Source: Bacteroidia bacterium (GTDB taxonomy: Bacteria; Bacteroidota; Bacteroidia; Bacteroidales; CAJPTX01). From it: 43,403 nucleotides of DNA. The position numbers were made by a program, and so were the translations under genes. The notes below the pieces were generated by a model. It was given only the letters and a program-made list of their open reading frames with translations, had not been told where the DNA came from and did no database searches. The stretch is from assembly GCA_905373665.1 (NCBI GenBank), contig CAJPTV010000002.1:1-43403 (forward strand), in the 5' to 3' direction. Shown here piece by piece: positions 39,257 to 43,403 of the stretch. Within the stretch, counting starts at the first letter, position 1. Each line of letters starts with the position of its first letter.

Positions 39257-40936
39257 CTACTCCGCACTACGGAGCGTCTGGTGTGAGCCCCCTCCCTTAG
39301 CCCCGCCTGTCTCTGGCGTGAGTATCTCTTCTTTCCACTCGCCTACGTTGCGGCTCTTCTCATCAAAGCTTACGCCTACGAGGTGTAGGGTTCGTCCCTC
39401 GGGGGCTACTAGGCGGAAGTACTCTTTCTCCTTGATTTGCGCAATGGCATCCTGTGCCGTCCCCTGTGTATTGACTTTGAACTCGAAGATGTAAACGTGG
39501 TGCGTGGTGGCAACAAGCATGTCGATCTGCCCCGTAGCACAGACGACCTCCGTTTGAGCATACACCCCTAACAGGCGAAAGACGGCGTAAAGAACGGTTT
39601 GGTAGTACTGTTCGCGCAACGGACGTCCCTTCTCTCCCTTGGGGATGTTACCGTATCGAACCCCAGCAAGGAAGGTCACGACGTGCTCCATAACCTTGGC
39701 AAGGTTGCCAGCGTCGAAGAATTCATAAAGCTTTAGTACTTCAATATCGATATTGATGCGCGTAAAGCTGGAATAGAGCGGTAAGAGTTCGTGTAGGAAA
39801 CCAAAGCGCACCTCCTCGTTAGGGTAACCTAACTGGACGATCATCCCATTGCCCAGCACCCCCTTAATCGTAAGGTAACCTGATTGAAAGAGAAGGGGGA
39901 TGAGCGAGTCGTGGTCGTTGTAACGGAAATCTTGTACCGCCTGTACCCCGACCTTTATATCCTTGTCCAAATCAGGGACAAAGAGGTGAGTGCGTTTCAA
40001 GTAGTTGACTAGATAGGAGGGGGTGGCGGTCTCGAACCAATAGTAGTTGTAGGTGCTATCTGCCAAGACGTTCAGTAGACTAAAGGGGTTGTAGACGTTC
40101 TCGCCTTTTCGTGAAAAGCGATACCCGTCGTACTCTTTTTTGAGTCGTTGGCGTGTTGCTTCTACGTTGGTATTTTCTGCTAGGGCGAGTCGCTCTATTT
40201 CGGGCATAAAGTTGTCAGTAAGCTCTTGCTCAGTGAAGCCGCAAATGGCATCGTAGTTATCTAAGAGAGAGATGTCTTTCAAATTGTTCGCCCCGCTGAA
40301 GAGGTTGGTCTTACTGAACTTGGTTACGCCCGTTAGGAAGGCGAAGCGGATATACTCGTCGCAGTGCTTAAGAACCTCGTAAAAGGCTTTGAGGAGCAGA
40401 CGGTTGGTATCGTTGAGCTCGGGGTCATTTATCGTCTCGAGGAGGGGTTTGTCGTACTCGTCGACGAGAATGACGACCCGTTTACCCATACTCTCATAAA
40501 TCGTCTCTATGAGATAAATGAACCGCTCTTCTGGTACGTCTCCCTCTCCTACGACCTGATACTTCACTTCTAGTTTCTTAAGTTGTTTCAAGAGACGGTT
40601 AGGAAGAGATTCTTGATTGCCATAGTCTCTCGCATTGAAATCGAAGTAAAGCACAGGCATTTCCTCCCACGGCTCACGCTGTTGCCTGCGGGCAAGCTCC
40701 GCTTCATGGTCAGCGATATAGAGTCCCTCGAAGAGGTTCTTTCGTCCCTCAAAATAGGCTTGAAGGGTAGATAGGAAGAGGCTTTTGCCAAAACGATGGG
40801 GGCGACTTAGGAAGAAGAAGCGTCCGAGTGAAAGGAGTTTCTCTATGTACAGGGTCTTGTCTACATAGATAGTTCCAGCATTACGCACCTGTTCAAAGGT
40901 TTGCGTATCGATGGGTAGCCTGCGTTCCTCGGTCAT
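39257..40936 (-). CDS. AAA-ATPase-like domain protein with C-terminal PD-(D/E)XK nuclease-like domain, paralog 2
   Basis: Collinear with the 8396-10018 product and highly similar by eye (for example LPIDTQTFEQVRNAGTIYVDKTLYIEKLL, FLSRPHRFGKSLFLSTL). ATG 40936 (MTEERR) is preferred over 40981 because a TAnnTTTG box lies between the two. Confidence 0.85.
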   Translation of the reverse strand: MTEERRLPIDTQTFEQVRNAGTIYVDKTLYIEKLLSLGRFFFLSRPHRFGKSLFLSTLQAYFEGRKNLFEGLYIADHEAELARRQQREPWEEMPVLYFDFNARDYGNQESLPNRLLKQLKKLEVKYQVVGEGDVPEERFIYLIETIYESMGKRVVILVDEYDKPLLETINDPELNDTNRLLLKAFYEVLKHCDEYIRFAFLTGVTKFSKTNLFSGANNLKDISLLDNYDAICGFTEQELTDNFMPEIERLALAENTNVEATRQRLKKEYDGYRFSRKGENVYNPFSLLNVLADSTYNYYWFETATPSYLVNYLKRTHLFVPDLDKDIKVGVQAVQDFRYNDHDSLIPLLFQSGYLTIKGVLGNGMIVQLGYPNEEVRFGFLHELLPLYSSFTRINIDIEVLKLYEFFDAGNLAKVMEHVVTFLAGVRYGNIPKGEKGRPLREQYYQTVLYAVFRLLGVYAQTEVVCATGQIDMLVATTHHVYIFEFKVNTQGTAQDAIAQIKEKEYFRLVAPEGRTLHLVGVSFDEKSRNVGEWKEEILTPETGGAKGGGSHQTLRSAE

Positions 40937-40961
40937 CTTTGTCTCCTTCCGTTGGTTCTCA

Positions 40962-40969
40962 CAAAGATA
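40962..40969 (-). promoter_or_regulatory. Candidate -7 promoter box (TAnnTTTG) for ATPase paralog 2
   Basis: The minus strand reads TATCTTTG, 25 nt upstream of ATG 40936. Confidence 0.4.
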
Positions 40970-41020
40970 CGATTTTAACATGGCGCTAAGGGTGCGCAGC
41001 TCGTGTGGGAGTCGGAGTGT

Positions 41021-43390
41021 CTATTTCGCCCGATATACCACACGGAAGTGGATACTCCGCCGTCCGCCCACTTCGTCTACCACGGTGATGGTGTGTTCCC
41101 CCTCCTCGGGGAGGAGCTGTAACTGGTGCAGGTGTAGCGTTTCGCCGACGTAGGTTTCGTCTAAGTGCCAAAAGACACGACTCTCGGGACGGGAATGTGC
41201 TAACTCGAAACGGACAGGGCTCGGCTTACCATCCAGATCGCGCGGCACGGAGAGCTCCACCCCCTCTTGACGCGGGTAAATAAACTGCATATTCTGCGCT
41301 CCTGCCCCTTCGTCACACCCCGCTAGCCAAGGCGGTAAGGGGCGATAGGTCGGGTTCCACTGTCCGTAGAACCAGCCCATGGCTGGGGGGAGTACGAACC
41401 AAGACTGGTGTTGCATCTGTTCGAGAGGATAGCACGAGGCGTGTACGCGATACCGCCCACTTTCGTCAAGGTGCACGAGTCGGTGATAAGGGCAGGGGGC
41501 GTACTCGTATTCCCGCCTCGGTATCCAGATGGTGTCGCGTGCTGTGCAATGCTCGTTCGGGGGGAGTCCGCTCGCAACGCAGACTTCCAACGGACGGAGG
41601 TCGTCATACGGTGGCGTAAACCAGCCACAGCGTGGGAGGCGTCCCCACACGCGGAACATCAACGGGGCTGCACTTTCTACCCCTGAAAGCGAAGCGAGCC
41701 CCTCGCCCGTAGCGTTCCCATTCCATACGCCGACAACGTAACGTTCGTTCACCCCTATCGCCCACGCGTCGCGTCCGCCGTAGCTCGTCCCCGTCTTCCA
41801 TGCCACGGAGCGCGTTGATGAGAAGAGTCCCCAACCACTCTGCTCTTCTGGACGGTTCACCTCGCGCAATGCCTGAAAGGTGAGGTAAATCGCGCTGGCG
41901 CTCAGTGGCGGATATTGCACTTCGCTATGCTCTTGCACCTCCCCCTTTGGGGTAATGTAGCGGAGCGGGCGGAGGTTGTCAGCATAGTAGTTGCCCCCTT
42001 CCCGCGTGTAGCGTACTAGGGTGCGCGAGAGTGAAGCGTAGATGCCGCACATCTCCCACAGGGAGCACTCCCCGCCGCCTAAGATGAGCGGTAGCCCGTA
42101 GTGATCTGCCGAGCGGTTAAAGGTGGTAGCGCCCAGCTTTTTCAATAGGTCAAGGAACACGTCTATCCCATACGTGCGGAGCATGTTCACAGACGGGATG
42201 TTGAGCGAGCGTGATAGGGCAGCCGAGGCATGTACTGCGCCAGCGAATTGGTGTGAAGAGTTCTCAGGAGCGAAGGTGCCTATCTTGATGGGGAGGTCGG
42301 GGACAAGCTCTTGTGGTAACAATAAGCCGTCTTCTAACATCCCTGCGTAAAGGAAGGGTTTGAGGATACTTCCCGAGCTGCGGCGTGCGGTAATCATGTT
42401 CACATATCCTTGCGACTTACGGTTGAGCCCTGGTACATTACCCACATAGGCAAGCACCTCGCCCGTTAGGACATCTGCCACGAGTACTCCTGTGTTACGC
42501 CCGATGTAGCCCATCTGTTGGTCGGCATAGTCTGCAACGAGGCGTTCTACTTCACACTGTAGGTCATAGTCGAGTGTGGTGTGGATATTCTGCCCCCGCA
42601 ACCCATCTTGATAGGCATGCCCTACCAATTGCCAAGCCCGTTGCGGTAACGATTCGGGGGGGGCGGGGAGGGGTTCTAAGAGGGCAAGGGCAAGGGTCTC
42701 TTCGTCGAATATGCCTGCGGCATGGAGACGCCGAAGGAGCTGGTCTCGCTTCCGTTGGAAAGACCTGCTGGCTCGCCCCGGGTAAATTTCCGCTGGTGCG
42801 TTGGGGAGTACTGCCAAGGCTGCCATTTGCCCCCAGCTGAGGTTATCGGCATGGGTTTGATAATAGCGCCATGCGGCTGCCTCTAGCCCCACGACGTTGC
42901 CCCCAAAAGGGGCGTGGCTCGCATAGAGGGTTAAAAGCCCCTCTTTACTGAATGAGCATTCGAGGCGGAGCGCCCAGATCATCTCTACCAGCTTGTTCCA
43001 ATAGTTGCGGGGAGCGCCTGGGTGAAGCATACGCGCTACCTGCATGGTGAGGGTCGAGCCGCCGCGCACGACGTGCCCCGCCTTTAGGTTGCTCACCCAT
43101 GCTTGTGCTAGAGAGACGGGGTTGACCCCGGGGTGGTAGCGAAAGTACTGATCTTCGTAGGCGATAGCACAGGCGGCAAACTTCTCGGGTACGTGATCCA
43201 TGGCAGGGAAGCGGTACTGTCCGTCATCGGCGATGCTTGCCGCAAGCAGTGTCCCTTCACGTGAAAAAAGCACCGTACACGTTGGCGATCGGAACAAGGG
43301 CGATGGCAAACAGTAGTAGAACAAGACCCCCACCACGAGCACCGCGCACGGTAGTGTCTGTAAAAGTGTGTAAGCCCCCCCTCTCTTCAT
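41021..43390 (-). CDS. pbpC: Penicillin-binding protein 1C (bifunctional glycosyltransferase/transpeptidase)
   Basis: GT51 motifs EDQYFRYHPGVNP and GGSTLTMQ. Transpeptidase motifs SGSILKP (SxxK) and KTGTS. The C-terminal PBP1C-type domain is present. Confidence 0.9.
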   Translation of the reverse strand: MKRGGAYTLLQTLPCAVLVVGVLFYYCLPSPLFRSPTCTVLFSREGTLLAASIADDGQYRFPAMDHVPEKFAACAIAYEDQYFRYHPGVNPVSLAQAWVSNLKAGHVVRGGSTLTMQVARMLHPGAPRNYWNKLVEMIWALRLECSFSKEGLLTLYASHAPFGGNVVGLEAAAWRYYQTHADNLSWGQMAALAVLPNAPAEIYPGRASRSFQRKRDQLLRRLHAAGIFDEETLALALLEPLPAPPESLPQRAWQLVGHAYQDGLRGQNIHTTLDYDLQCEVERLVADYADQQMGYIGRNTGVLVADVLTGEVLAYVGNVPGLNRKSQGYVNMITARRSSGSILKPFLYAGMLEDGLLLPQELVPDLPIKIGTFAPENSSHQFAGAVHASAALSRSLNIPSVNMLRTYGIDVFLDLLKKLGATTFNRSADHYGLPLILGGGECSLWEMCGIYASLSRTLVRYTREGGNYYADNLRPLRYITPKGEVQEHSEVQYPPLSASAIYLTFQALREVNRPEEQSGWGLFSSTRSVAWKTGTSYGGRDAWAIGVNERYVVGVWNGNATGEGLASLSGVESAAPLMFRVWGRLPRCGWFTPPYDDLRPLEVCVASGLPPNEHCTARDTIWIPRREYEYAPCPYHRLVHLDESGRYRVHASCYPLEQMQHQSWFVLPPAMGWFYGQWNPTYRPLPPWLAGCDEGAGAQNMQFIYPRQEGVELSVPRDLDGKPSPVRFELAHSRPESRVFWHLDETYVGETLHLHQLQLLPEEGEHTITVVDEVGGRRSIHFRVVYRAK

Positions 43391-43403
43391 TCCTCCAGCA
43401 GCA

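Noticed and set aside
39257-40981. The two ATPase paralogs as copies of an insertion sequence
   Set aside because: There are no transposase motifs (DDE, HUH), terminal inverted repeats or target duplications. Divergence is spread evenly over the genes rather than showing near-identity.
40937-40981. ATG 40981 as the start of ATPase paralog 2
   Set aside because: It adds 15 residues (MLKSYLCENQRKETK) absent from paralog 1, and the candidate -7 box (40962-40969) lies downstream of it.

Overview
GC-rich Bacteroidota chromosomal segment. Gene content looks Porphyromonas-like: a gingipain-family C25 peptidase with a T9SS C-terminal sorting domain, M49 and C69 peptidases, TAnnTTTG promoter boxes, and parA-parB-DUF5683-MltD order. 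About 30 genes are present and most are housekeeping: gcvT, glnS, lipA, lipB, recJ, parA, parB, a DEAD-box helicase, dtd, xseA, uvrB and pbpC. Visibly AT-richer accessory genes are interspersed. These are the 3' part of a Type ISP-like restriction-modification enzyme at the left edge, a Type IIG-like N6-adenine methyltransferase, two paralogous AAA-ATPase-like/PD-(D/E)XK proteins, a YhcG/DUF1016 nuclease, and a small winged-helix ORF. Three perfect tandem-repeat arrays each lie at the 5' side of an accessory gene. (1) (CCGCAAC)x8 lies inside the 5' end of the Type IIG-like gene; it sets the reading frame and falls between the D and ExK residues of a nuclease-like motif, making it a candidate phase-variable restriction switch. 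(2) An 11-bp x7 array lies in the divergent ATPase/glnS intergenic region. (3) A 22-bp x5 iteron-like array covers the 5' end of the winged-helix ORF just upstream of xseA. A lytic transglycosylase followed by two SGNH proteins and an MBOAT protein looks like a peptidoglycan or glycan O-acetylation module. No tRNA, rRNA, CRISPR array or transposase was recognised. All family calls come from motif recognition by eye, not from searches.
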